Assembly: GCA_963693115.1 (NCBI GenBank)
Contig: OY843750.1
Span: 1,148,680 to 1,212,679, forward strand
Direction: 5' to 3'
Source of the DNA: Spirochaetia bacterium
GTDB taxonomy: Bacteria > Spirochaetota > Spirochaetia > WTKD01 > G963693115
DNA length: 64,000 nucleotides
This document shows, piece by piece, positions 47,102 to 55,885 of this stretch. The stretch's first letter is position 1, and the number at the start of each line of letters is the position of its first letter. Under the pieces are notes generated by a model that was not told where the DNA came from, ran no database searches, and was given only the letters and a program-made list of their open reading frames with translations. The position numbers and the translations under genes were made by a program.

Positions 47102-48016
47102 TTACTCTTCGTATAGCTGTGTTTCGGATATACCCGAGTCTTTTGCTACTTCTTCTTCGTGTATATGTACTTCGCTTATCTCTTTGTCTTCGTCTGGATG
47201 ATATTTTGAAAAATCTTCTGACTGAAAACTAGAGAACACCTCTTTTGTTTCATCTGTTTCTTCTTGTTTTGGATATGTTCCATCCGTGAGTACGCCTTCA
47301 TTATCTTGTAGTGTTTCAATGACTTGTAGTCCTACTTCATTATCAGCTTCTATGACGCCTTGTGCAAGGATATCACAGTAGAGACGTATTGCGCGTATAG
47401 CGTCATCATTTCCGGGTATCGGGTACTGTATATGAGTAGGATCACTGTTAGTGTCGACAATGCCAATAATTGGTATGTTAAGTTTCTGTGCTTCGGCTAT
47501 GGCAAGCGAATCAGCGCGAGTGTCGATAATAAAAATGATACCGGGTAGCTCTTTCATGTTTTTAAGACCACCAAATTTACGGTTGAGACGGCTTATCTCT
47601 TTATTAACTTTCATACGCTCTTTTTTTGTAATTTGATCAAGAGAGCCATCGATTTGCATTTTTTCTAACTTTTTTAGATGGGTAATGGTTTTGCTTATGG
47701 TCAAAAAATTGGTGAGCAATCCACCCATCCAATGATAATTGACATAATGCATGCCACATTTGGTGGCGGCTTCTTCTACAATTTGTTGACTTTGTTTTTT
47801 GGTTCCCACAAAAAGCACAGACTTATTCGCGAGTGCAGTCCTACGAACAGCTTCGTATGCATCTCGTATGCGATGTATGGTTTGTTGCAGATCAATTATA
47901 TGAATATTATTTCGAGCTGCATAGATGAATTTTTTCATCTTTGGATTCCAACGATTTACCTGGTGACCAAAATGTACGCCACACTCAAGCAAGTTTTGCA
48001 TGGTGACTATTGCCAT
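47102..48016 (-). CDS. rpsB: 30S ribosomal protein S2 with acidic C-terminal extension
   Basis: LLECGVHFGHQVNRWNPKMKKFIY... is canonical S2. The last ~60 aa are E/D-rich. Confidence 0.95.
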   Translation of the reverse strand: MAIVTMQNLLECGVHFGHQVNRWNPKMKKFIYAARNNIHIIDLQQTIHRIRDAYEAVRRTALANKSVLFVGTKKQSQQIVEEAATKCGMHYVNYHWMGGLLTNFLTISKTITHLKKLEKMQIDGSLDQITKKERMKVNKEISRLNRKFGGLKNMKELPGIIFIIDTRADSLAIAEAQKLNIPIIGIVDTNSDPTHIQYPIPGNDDAIRAIRLYCDILAQGVIEADNEVGLQVIETLQDNEGVLTDGTYPKQEETDETKEVFSSFQSEDFSKYHPDEDKEISEVHIHEEEVAKDSGISETQLYEE

Positions 48017-48227
48017 ATAACGACACTCCTAATTATTACTCATCACATAAAGACGGTAGTTGTTCTACATGATGGAAGATACTTATAGTCTATCATATCG
48101 TATATGTCAGCCAAATAAATAAGCAGATATATGATGCGCCTTGTGGTTTTACGTCCTGAAATCTATGCAAAACGAGCTATAAGGGAAAAACGTGTGAGTC
48201 CAGTACTCGGTAGCCATGTACAGAGCC

Positions 48228-48273
48228 ACGCACAAAATTACGCACAAAACTACGCACAAAACTACGCACAAAG
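48228..48273. repeat. 12-bp tandem repeat (acgcacaaaact, about 3.8 copies) in the maf-rpsB intergenic region
   Basis: Direct reading: acgcacaaaatt acgcacaaaact acgcacaaaact acgcacaaag. It is followed (48290-48400) by degenerate aactagacca-like repeats. Confidence 0.9.
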
Positions 48274-48415
48274 AAGGAAGCATAGCAAAAGTTACTAGAG
48301 GAAAAAATTAGGGTAGAGAAAACTAGACCAGGAAAGTTAGACCAAAAAACTAGATCAAAGAACTAAACCAGAGAAAGTAGAGAAAAACTAGTGTTACTAT
48401 GAGAATACTACAGGG

Positions 48416-49063
48416 CTACTGAGAAAAGGAGCGGAGAAGCAGGTCGTAGAGTTTGTGTATGGGTAGTCCCATAACGGTAGCAACATGCCCTTCTATGCGT
48501 TCAATTAAGCAGGCACCCAAACTGTCAATATTATAGCCACCAGCATAGTCCTTCCAGTCGTCCCATTCGCAGTAGCGATGCACGGTGTCTTTGCTTAGTT
48601 TTTTAAATACAACATCGGCAGAGTCACTTACCATCAGTGGTTTTGTATGCGGGGGAAAGAGAAGACAAACGGAACTTACTACTTCGTGTTTTCTTCCAGA
48701 TAGGCGACATATCATTTTATATGCATCTTCGGGAGATTGTGGTTTTTCAAGAATTTCATTTTTGAGTGAAACGACCGTGTCGGCACCAATAATTAAGTAC
48801 GGAGCGTTTTGTGTGGGCTTGTTTTTTTCTTGTTTTTGACTTTTGCTGTGGTCAGCAAGAGCACTCTCATGGGTATAAAGGTGGGCGTATACGGCAGACG
48901 CTTTTTTTCGTGCAAGTATTCTCGTATGTGCCTGTGCGCGTTTTGCTTTTGTCTCTTCCACGATGGCAGGAGCGATTACTTCAAAGCCAAACGAGAGCAT
49001 ACGTCCTAGCCGTGAGAGAAGCATTTTTCTCCGCGGTGACTGTGAGGCAAGTATAACACGCAT
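48416..49063 (-). CDS. maf: Maf-family nucleoside triphosphate pyrophosphatase (septum formation protein Maf)
   Basis: MRVILASQSPRRKMLL... and the C-terminal GGYNIDSLGACLIERIEG pattern. It carries an internal K/Q-rich insertion. Confidence 0.85.
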   Translation of the reverse strand: MRVILASQSPRRKMLLSRLGRMLSFGFEVIAPAIVEETKAKRAQAHTRILARKKASAVYAHLYTHESALADHSKSQKQEKNKPTQNAPYLIIGADTVVSLKNEILEKPQSPEDAYKMICRLSGRKHEVVSSVCLLFPPHTKPLMVSDSADVVFKKLSKDTVHRYCEWDDWKDYAGGYNIDSLGACLIERIEGHVATVMGLPIHKLYDLLLRSFSQ

Positions 49064-49197
49064 ATATTCATTGTACTGTTTATTATGCTGGACTGTTACT
49101 ATATTGGCTTGGATTTGGTTTATGCAAAGGCAGAAATACTATAAACTACTGTATAAGACGTGATATATAAAAGCAATTTTATAAAAGCTAAATTGAA

Positions 49198-50055
49198 TTG
49201 TATGAGCTGTATAGACACTCGTACAACACAAAGCAGACTTATCACGCCTATGTCTTTATGTGTCTGTGTTTCTTACTTGTGGGTACTACGCTGAGATCGT
49301 GTCTAGAGAATTTTAATGATAATAATCCCACTCTAAAAAACCTCCCCTTAATAAGGAAGGGTAGTGAGGAAACCAGTGGAACAGCACCAGTAAATAGTCT
49401 ACTTTTTAAGAATTTGACAGAAACAGCTACCGAGTTCGAATCCGAATCCGATGACAATAAACTTGGTCTAAGCTATATCGATGTTTCAAACGTATCTAGC
49501 ATGAGTGAGTTGTTTAAAAGTAAGACCACCTCTAGCGGTGGTATAGAATGTTGGGATGTTTTACGTGTCAAAAATATAGGTAATATGTTTAATGGTGCAT
49601 AGGCATTTGACCAAGATCTCACAACATGGGATGAACATGTATTATCGACGGTAGATACAATGTCTATGTTTGCTCGAATAAGCAAGGCATGTGCCATATT
49701 CGACTGGAAAGAAGTGGGTATGTGGTGTTTTACCTTCACCGACCATGCCAATGTGATGGAAAACAAAGCAATGTTATCAGGAGAAAATAAATGCCTCAAT
49801 AGCCGATACTATTTCGTCACTCAATCTTTAATTACTTAGAAACCTGTAATGTCGATGATATGTGCTATTTGTTTAGTAGTAAGGCCATATTTAGAGGAAA
49901 CATTACCAAGTGGGATGTAAATGCGTGAGAAATATGGGATATATGTTTTGGAATGCGGAGTCGTTTAATTGAGATATCAGTGGCTGGAATGTAGGCAAAG
50001 TGACAAATATGGAAGAGAAATTTTGGAAGGCGATTAGTTTTTACAAGGATAAGTA
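49198..50055 (+). pseudogene. Decayed BspA/DUF285 leucine-rich-repeat lipoprotein gene
   Basis: There is an in-frame TAG at 49600-49602 within MFNGA*AFDQDL. The intact paralog has CTG at the equivalent place (near 52305). The frame changes before LETCNVDDMCYLFSSKAIFRGNITKWDV (from about 49836). It changes again before MFWNAESFN*DISGWNVGKVTNM (about 49945-50015). Confidence 0.8.
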
Positions 50056-50157
50056 AGTCTTGAGTCATGTAATGCCAAGAAATTAGCAACTACCTACCCT
50101 CGCTTTATGACAAATACATCAAGGTCAGTACAAGAAAATTTTGATTATAATTAAGGT

Positions 50158-50553
50158 ATGAGCTCAACAACATTTAGCAGAGCTAGAGTATCATTTGGAC
50201 AGTTGATAATTCCCATATTGATTTCTCTTTCATATTTATTTTTCTGTATCATGGCCACTTTTTTTACCGAGCGTTTACTTGGACGAATTGGGCTTACAGT
50301 ATCTGAAACAAGGAACTTCTATCCAATTATTTCGTGGATAGGAGCAAATTTCGCGATTTTTATTGGGTTACTCTTTACTATTATTAGTCGAAATCTTAGA
50401 ACGATGCAATTGCTATTTGTGGTGGTATTTGTTGATACTGTTATAGGCTTAATGGCGAGTATATATACGGGGGGCACGTTCATTGCCCAAATAGTGGTAC
50501 TTGTACTCATTACTGTTGAACTATTCTTATTAGCTAGGTCAAAAAAAACATAG
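50158..50553 (+). CDS. Hypothetical small membrane protein
   Basis: 131 aa with four hydrophobic segments. No family recognised. Confidence 0.45.
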   Translation: MSSTTFSRARVSFGQLIIPILISLSYLFFCIMATFFTERLLGRIGLTVSETRNFYPIISWIGANFAIFIGLLFTIISRNLRTMQLLFVVVFVDTVIGLMASIYTGGTFIAQIVVLVLITVELFLLARSKKT

Positions 50554-50794
50554 GCTACAAGACTAGCTATTAGAAAAAATATTGAAGATGTAGATGACCT
50601 TATATTTTTTTATGAAATACAAATACATTGTTGTGTTAGAGATGGTATTGCCAAAACGTTTGCATAAGTACCTCACAAAATAGAAATGCACCAAATATAA
50701 CATTGTCATTTTCATACAAGAGCGTATAAATAAAGCACGGAAAAGTGTGAAAATTGCAAACTATATCTTGCTTGGCTACAGTGTATAGTGTCTA

Positions 50795-50840
50795 AAATGC
50801 TACAAATAGTGCACTAAAATGTTATAGTTTTTTCTGTTAT
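50795..50840 (+). promoter_or_regulatory. Conserved upstream block of DUF285 gene A: 10-bp perfect palindrome plus extended -10
   Basis: aaatgctacaaaTAGTGCACTAaaatgtTATAGTttttt. The palindrome is at 50807-50816 and the TGtTATAGT at 50820-50828. The same block recurs at 53295-53342. Confidence 0.6.
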
Positions 50841-50886
50841 ATACGACTAAAATAGTATAATAAAGATTGATTAAAAGGAGATTTTT

Positions 50887-52992
50887 ATGATTATACTTTA
50901 CAAGCATATAATTGTTACGGCATTATTCGGTCTTTTGTGTTTACTATTGGTTATTGGAGCATTTTCGTGTGCTTCTGATCCCGAAGAAGGAGGTGATAAC
51001 CTTGGCGGAAACAATAAAAATATTGGTGATAGGTGGTTTGATGCTGGTGAGGATTGTGACAGCATAGATGCTACCAAACAATATGTACTACAAGATGAGT
51101 CTGAATTAATAAAACTCGTACAGAGAGATACCGAGAATCAAGGAGCAACAGTCAATCTAAACTACTTAGACACTTCGGGTATAACTACTATGATGGATCT
51201 GTTTGCCAGTGACGGTGTAGAAGGAGTGGCATTTAATGGGGTGTTGAACTGCTGGGACGTGAGTAGTGTGACAGATATGAGCAACATGTTTAAGGGAGCG
51301 ACAGCATTTAACGGAGATATCAGTGGCTGGGATGTGAGTAGTGTGACAGATATGAGCAACATGTTTAAGGGAACGACAGCATTTAACGGAGATATCAGTG
51401 GCTGGGACGTGAGTAGTGTGACGACCATGGCAAGTATGTTTCAGGATGCGACAGCATTTAGTCAGGACCTCTCAAATTGGAGTAACACAGTGCAAGATAC
51501 GGTAACTACTGAGTCTATGTTTGTTGGGTCTGGGGTAACAACGATGCCTAACTGGAAAGAGGCGGGGGCGTGCTTTCATCCGACAAACCATGAGGATATA
51601 GTTGCAGGCAAAGAAGAGCTACAAGATAAGATAAATGATTTATTAGTTGATGGCACGCTCTCTCCCGATCTCAATCATATCGAAACATGTAATGTTATGG
51701 ATATGAGCAGTCTATTTAGCGCAAATGCTACGTTTAATGGAAACATCAGTGAGTGGAATGTGAGTAGTGTGACAGATATGAGCAACATGTTTAAGGGAGC
51801 GACAGCATTTAGCGGAGATATCAGTGGCTGGGATGTGAGTAGTGTGACAGATATGAGCAACATGTTTAAGGGAGCGACAGCATTTAACGGAGATATCAGT
51901 GGCTGGGACGTGAGTAGTGTGACGACCATGGCAAGTATGTTTCAGGATGCGACAGCATTTAGTCAGGACCTCTCAAATTGGAGTAACACAGTGCAAGATA
52001 CGGTAACTACTGAGTCTATGTTTGTTGGGTCTGGGGTAACAACGATGCCTAACTGGAAAGAGGCGGGGGCGTGCTTTCATCCGACAAACCATGAGGATAT
52101 AGTTGCAGGCAAAGAAGAGCTACAAGATAAGATAAATGATTTATTAGATCCCACCACGCCCTCTCCCGATCTCAATCATATCGAAACATGTAATGTTATG
52201 GATATGAGCAGTCTATTTCGCGCAAATGCAACGTTTAATGGAAACATCAGTGAGTGGAATGTGAGTAGTGTGACAGATATGAGCAACATGTTTAATAACG
52301 CACTGGCATTTGACCAAGATATTGGTAGTTGGAATGTGAGTCAGGTTACTACTATGAGTGGGATGTTTGATAACGCAAAGGTATTTGACCAAGATATTGG
52401 TAGTTGGGATGTGAGCAATGTAACAAAAATGGATTATATGTTTAGTAACGCAAGGAAATTTGACCAAGATATTGGTAGGTGGGATGTGAGCAATGTGGAC
52501 GATATGCATCAAATGTTCTATTATGCTATAAAATTCAATCAATCATTAAAAGAATGGAAAGTAGGAAAAGTGAAGAGTATGGTATCTATGTTTTTATTTG
52601 CAACAGCATTTAACGGAGACATAACAGGATGGGATGTAAGTGCAGTAACAAACATGGATTCAGCGTTCTATGGAGCGGTAGAATTTAACCAAGATATTAG
52701 TGAGTGGGATGTGGGTAACGTGATTAAGATGCCTAATATGTTTGCCTCGGCAGAACTATTTAATCAAGATATTAGTGGATGGAATGTAGGCAATGTAACA
52801 GATATGAGTTATATGTTCTCGAATGCGAGTAGTTTTTGCAATGGGGATAAGAGTTTTGAGTCATGGGGTACCAAAATACCAACGACTACTAAGATAGCTG
52901 ATATGTTTAAAGATGCAGATCCCGATAACTCATGTACACACGTACCTCCAGCGTGGTATACCGAAAGAACTGCGGATAATTCTGGGGCTTGA
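50887..52992 (+). CDS. BspA-family / DUF285 leucine-rich-repeat surface lipoprotein (paralog A)
   Basis: Signal peptide with lipobox-like GAFSC. Many ~25-aa repeats of the form FNGDISGWDVSSVTDMSNMFKGATA. Three repeat blocks are separated by two linker modules (...NWKEAGACFHPTNHEDIV...SPDLNHIETCNV...). Confidence 0.85.
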   Translation: MIILYKHIIVTALFGLLCLLLVIGAFSCASDPEEGGDNLGGNNKNIGDRWFDAGEDCDSIDATKQYVLQDESELIKLVQRDTENQGATVNLNYLDTSGITTMMDLFASDGVEGVAFNGVLNCWDVSSVTDMSNMFKGATAFNGDISGWDVSSVTDMSNMFKGTTAFNGDISGWDVSSVTTMASMFQDATAFSQDLSNWSNTVQDTVTTESMFVGSGVTTMPNWKEAGACFHPTNHEDIVAGKEELQDKINDLLVDGTLSPDLNHIETCNVMDMSSLFSANATFNGNISEWNVSSVTDMSNMFKGATAFSGDISGWDVSSVTDMSNMFKGATAFNGDISGWDVSSVTTMASMFQDATAFSQDLSNWSNTVQDTVTTESMFVGSGVTTMPNWKEAGACFHPTNHEDIVAGKEELQDKINDLLDPTTPSPDLNHIETCNVMDMSSLFRANATFNGNISEWNVSSVTDMSNMFNNALAFDQDIGSWNVSQVTTMSGMFDNAKVFDQDIGSWDVSNVTKMDYMFSNARKFDQDIGRWDVSNVDDMHQMFYYAIKFNQSLKEWKVGKVKSMVSMFLFATAFNGDITGWDVSAVTNMDSAFYGAVEFNQDISEWDVGNVIKMPNMFASAELFNQDISGWNVGNVTDMSYMFSNASSFCNGDKSFESWGTKIPTTTKIADMFKDADPDNSCTHVPPAWYTERTADNSGA
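51259..52260. repeat. Two near-identical 501-bp (167-codon) in-frame tandem units inside paralog A
   Basis: Unit 1 (51259-51759) and unit 2 (51760-52260) differ at only a handful of positions, clustered at 51647-51660 versus 52148-52161. A third unit starts at 52261 and matches for about 35 nt before diverging. Confidence 0.9.
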
Positions 52993-53294
52993 GAAGGTCT
53001 TATCGACCTCGCAAGCTACTAATAGTACTAACACCAGCCTACTATTGCTAAGCCTTTTGGTGATACGTAGGAGTTGTGTATTGAGAGGCTCCTTATTCAA
53101 AGAGTAAAGAATACAGGAAGCAAAGGCTAAGACCAAGAGTAGCACGATATGGTAATTGCTTGATGTGCAAAATGCTCGGTTCTGTATCTAGCAACCTAGC
53201 AATGTTTGCTTTTCATGAAAGGTTGCTGAGTGCTCTGACTATGCTATTACACGTTTTTTTATAAAACCTGTTGCTTTTGGTTTATCCTATTAGC

Positions 53295-53342
53295 AAATGC
53301 TACATATAGTGCACTAAAGTGCTATAGTTTTTTTTCTGTTAT
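53295..53342 (+). promoter_or_regulatory. Conserved upstream block of DUF285 gene B: the same palindrome plus extended -10
   Basis: aaatgctacataTAGTGCACTAaagtgcTATAGTttttttt. The palindrome is at 53307-53316 and the TGcTATAGT at 53320-53328. Confidence 0.6.
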
Positions 53343-53427
53343 GCAAGGTTAATATAGTACAATGTAAAATTATTGTATATACGTTATATATACACAACAA
53401 TATGTATAAGGATAATAGGAGAATTTT

Positions 53428-55476
53428 ATGATTATATTTTACAAACGTATAACTGCTAGAGTATTGTGGAGTCTTTCATGCTTATGTTTGGCGATAGGAG
53501 TACTTTCGTGTGCTTCTGATCCCGAAGAAAATTCGGGAGGTGGCAATAACAAGAAGGGAGGTGATAAATTTAGTGATGTCACTGCCACGTATTATGATGT
53601 AGGCGAGGATTGTAATAGCATAAACGAAGATGAACAATATGCGCCAAAAGATGCAACAGAACTAAGGCGTATCATACAAAGAGATATGTACCAGCAAGGA
53701 GCAACAGTCAATCTAAACTACCTTGATACTTCGGGCATAACTACTATGGTAGATCTATTTCTCAGCATAGGTGATACTACCGAAGAAGCGACATTTAATG
53801 CTGTTATGAACTGTTGGGATGTGAGTGGTGTCAAGTATATGAGCAATATGTTTGAGGGACTGACGGCATTTAATGGAGATATAACAGAGTGGGATGTGAG
53901 TCAGGTAATAGACATGAGTGGTATGTTTATCCTTGCTAGTGCGTTTAACCAAGATATCAGTGGCTGGAAAGTAGATAATGTGACGAACATGGATGATATG
54001 TTTTATGAAGCAAGGGCATTTAACCAAAATATCGGTAGTTGGAACGTGAGCAAGGTAACAAGTATGAGGGCTATGTTTCAAGATGCTACTGCATTCAATC
54101 AAGATCTCACCGATTGGAAAAATACAATACAAGCTACAGTAACTACAGAGTCAATGTTTGTTGGTTCGGGGATAACAGAGACACCCGATTGGAGGGAGGC
54201 AGGAGCATGCCTCCATCATACAGCGCATGATCATGTAGTAGAAAATAAGGACGAACTACAAGAAAAACTGAATACGCTGATGACGGTAGACGTTCCATCT
54301 CCCGATCTCAATCATTTAGAGACCTGTAATGTCAAAAATATGAGTAGCCTTTTTTGGACACAAACCGTATTTAACGGAGATGTAACAGGGTGGAATGTCA
54401 GTTCGGTTGAAGACATGAGATTGATGTTTTCGAATGCATATGACTTTGACCAAGATCTCAGCAGTTGGGATGTAGGCAAGGTGAAAAATATGTCGGCGAT
54501 GTTTGGAAATGCTATTTCGTTTAATCAAGATATCAGCGGGTGGAATGTGGGTAGTGTGACGACCACGCAAGGTATGTTTTCGGGTGCAAAAGCCTTTGAT
54601 CAAGATATCAGCGGGTGGAATGTGGGTAGTGTGACGACCATGCGAGGTATGTTTAGCTTTGCAGAAGAGTTTGACCAAGATCTCTCAGGCTGGGGTGATA
54701 CAATACAAGCCAGCGTAGTTACAGACAATATATTTAATGGCTCAAAAATAACGACATTGCCTGATTGGAAGAAAGCAGGGGTGTGTCTTAATCATACTGC
54801 TCATGAAAATGTAGTTGAAAACAGAGATGAGTTGATAACAAAGGTGCATGCTTTGATAGACAGTGATCCTTTGCAAAGCCTTAATCATCTTGAGACTTGT
54901 AATGTCGGGAGCATGGCAGGCCTTTTTTCAGAGGAAACTACTTTTAATGGAGATATAACCGGTTGGGATGTGAGTAATGTTATAGCTATGGGCGAAATAT
55001 TCAAAAATGCTAAGGCTTTTAACCAGGATATCAGCGGATGGGATGTAGGTAAGCTCAAATATTCTGAGAGTATGTTTCATGGTGCGAGCGCATTCAATCA
55101 AGATATTAGTGGATGGAATATGAGCGCTGTATTGGATATGGGCTCAATGTTTGAGGGTGCCGTGGCATTCAACCAAGATATCAGCGGATGGGATGTAGGT
55201 AAGCTCATACATTCTGATAAAATGTTTCATGGTGCGAGCGCATTCAATCAAGATATTAGTGGATGGAATGTAAGCAATGTAACAAATATGGAAAATATGT
55301 TCTCGAATGCGAGTAGTTTTTGCAATGGGGATAAGAGTTTTGAGTCATGGGGTACCAAGGTAGTAGAGACTGCTAAGATAGCTGATATGTTTAAAGATGC
55401 AGATCCCGATAACTCATGTACACACGTACCTCCAGCGTGGTATACCGAAAGAACTGCGGATAATTCTGGGGATTAA
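53428..55476 (+). CDS. BspA-family / DUF285 leucine-rich-repeat surface lipoprotein (paralog B)
   Basis: Lipobox-like GVLSC. It has the same three-block architecture and the same N- and C-terminal cassettes as paralog A, with a diverged centre. Confidence 0.85.
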   Translation: MIIFYKRITARVLWSLSCLCLAIGVLSCASDPEENSGGGNNKKGGDKFSDVTATYYDVGEDCNSINEDEQYAPKDATELRRIIQRDMYQQGATVNLNYLDTSGITTMVDLFLSIGDTTEEATFNAVMNCWDVSGVKYMSNMFEGLTAFNGDITEWDVSQVIDMSGMFILASAFNQDISGWKVDNVTNMDDMFYEARAFNQNIGSWNVSKVTSMRAMFQDATAFNQDLTDWKNTIQATVTTESMFVGSGITETPDWREAGACLHHTAHDHVVENKDELQEKLNTLMTVDVPSPDLNHLETCNVKNMSSLFWTQTVFNGDVTGWNVSSVEDMRLMFSNAYDFDQDLSSWDVGKVKNMSAMFGNAISFNQDISGWNVGSVTTTQGMFSGAKAFDQDISGWNVGSVTTMRGMFSFAEEFDQDLSGWGDTIQASVVTDNIFNGSKITTLPDWKKAGVCLNHTAHENVVENRDELITKVHALIDSDPLQSLNHLETCNVGSMAGLFSEETTFNGDITGWDVSNVIAMGEIFKNAKAFNQDISGWDVGKLKYSESMFHGASAFNQDISGWNMSAVLDMGSMFEGAVAFNQDISGWDVGKLIHSDKMFHGASAFNQDISGWNVSNVTNMENMFSNASSFCNGDKSFESWGTKVVETAKIADMFKDADPDNSCTHVPPAWYTERTADNSGD

Positions 55477-55612
55477 GAGATACTATCAAACTCGTGTAGG
55501 TGAGCCATTATGTGTGGCTTGCCTATTAGCACTGGTTTATTTTTATTGGCTTGATGATGGCCTAGGTCTTGTTCACTTTGGGGTGTAATTGCCGCAAATT
55601 TTTTAAAATCTC

Positions 55613-55641
55613 TTGACAATATTTTTATTTTTTGTTATTAT
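55613..55641 (+). promoter_or_regulatory. Strong sigma-70-type promoter in front of the Cys-run ORF
   Basis: TTGACA (55613-55618), a 17-nt spacer, then TATTAT (55636-55641). Confidence 0.7.
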
Positions 55642-55696
55642 ATAGGTTAAGGTGAGGTTACTGCAAGCAGTAGCTATACCAAATGAGGATACTGTT

Positions 55697-55885
55697 ATGA
55701 ACATTTTAGATAGACACATTCTTAAAGATCTCATCCTCTTCTCCCTTAATTTTCTCGGGGGAGAGTCAAAAGAGCAATATTCATGCATATCGCCGGCTAA
55801 GGGTAATACGGACACTTGTTGTGGCTGTTGTAAATCTGGATCCTGTGGATGTTGTTGTGAGTGTTGTTCAAATCATTCATGCTAA
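55697..55885 (+). CDS. Small ORF (62 codons) ending in an 11-Cys-codon run; candidate leader peptide or Cys-rich peptide
   Basis: GAGGA (55685-55689) lies 7 nt before the ATG. Product: MNILDRHILKDLILFSLNFLGGESKEQYSCISPAKGNTDTCCGCCKSGSCGCCCECCSNHSC. The track ORF starts at GTG 55652, but the ATG with a Shine-Dalgarno is the better start. Confidence 0.6.
   Translation: MNILDRHILKDLILFSLNFLGGESKEQYSCISPAKGNTDTCCGCCKSGSCGCCCECCSNHSC

Noticed and set aside
48228-48400. Possible CRISPR array, in the tandem repeats at 48228-48400 and at 60112-60185.
   Set aside because: The units are 11-12 bp and directly abutting, with no spacers. No cas genes are in the window. These are simple tandem repeats.
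49432-49443. GAGTTCGAATCC, resembling a tRNA T-loop (GGTTCGAATCC).
   Set aside because: The flanking bases cannot form a T-stem (CCGAG versus CCGAA) or an acceptor stem. The sequence lies in the coding frame of the DUF285 pseudogene (TEFESESD).
51162-51929. Minus-strand ORFs 51162-51428 and 51675-51929 with almost identical products (MVVTLLTSQPLISPLNAV...).
   Set aside because: They are antisense readings of the 75-bp LRR repeats and the 501-bp duplication inside DUF285 paralog A. Their similarity is a by-product of the DNA repeat. They have no start context, and the sense frame has clear family motifs.
52913-53107. Paralogous short ORFs at 52913-53107 and 55397-55588, both beginning MQIPITHVHTYLQRGIPKELRIILG.
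   Set aside because: They are out-of-frame readings across the near-identical 3' cassettes of the two DUF285 genes. Conservation stops where the cassette ends, so the similarity reflects DNA identity, not a conserved protein.
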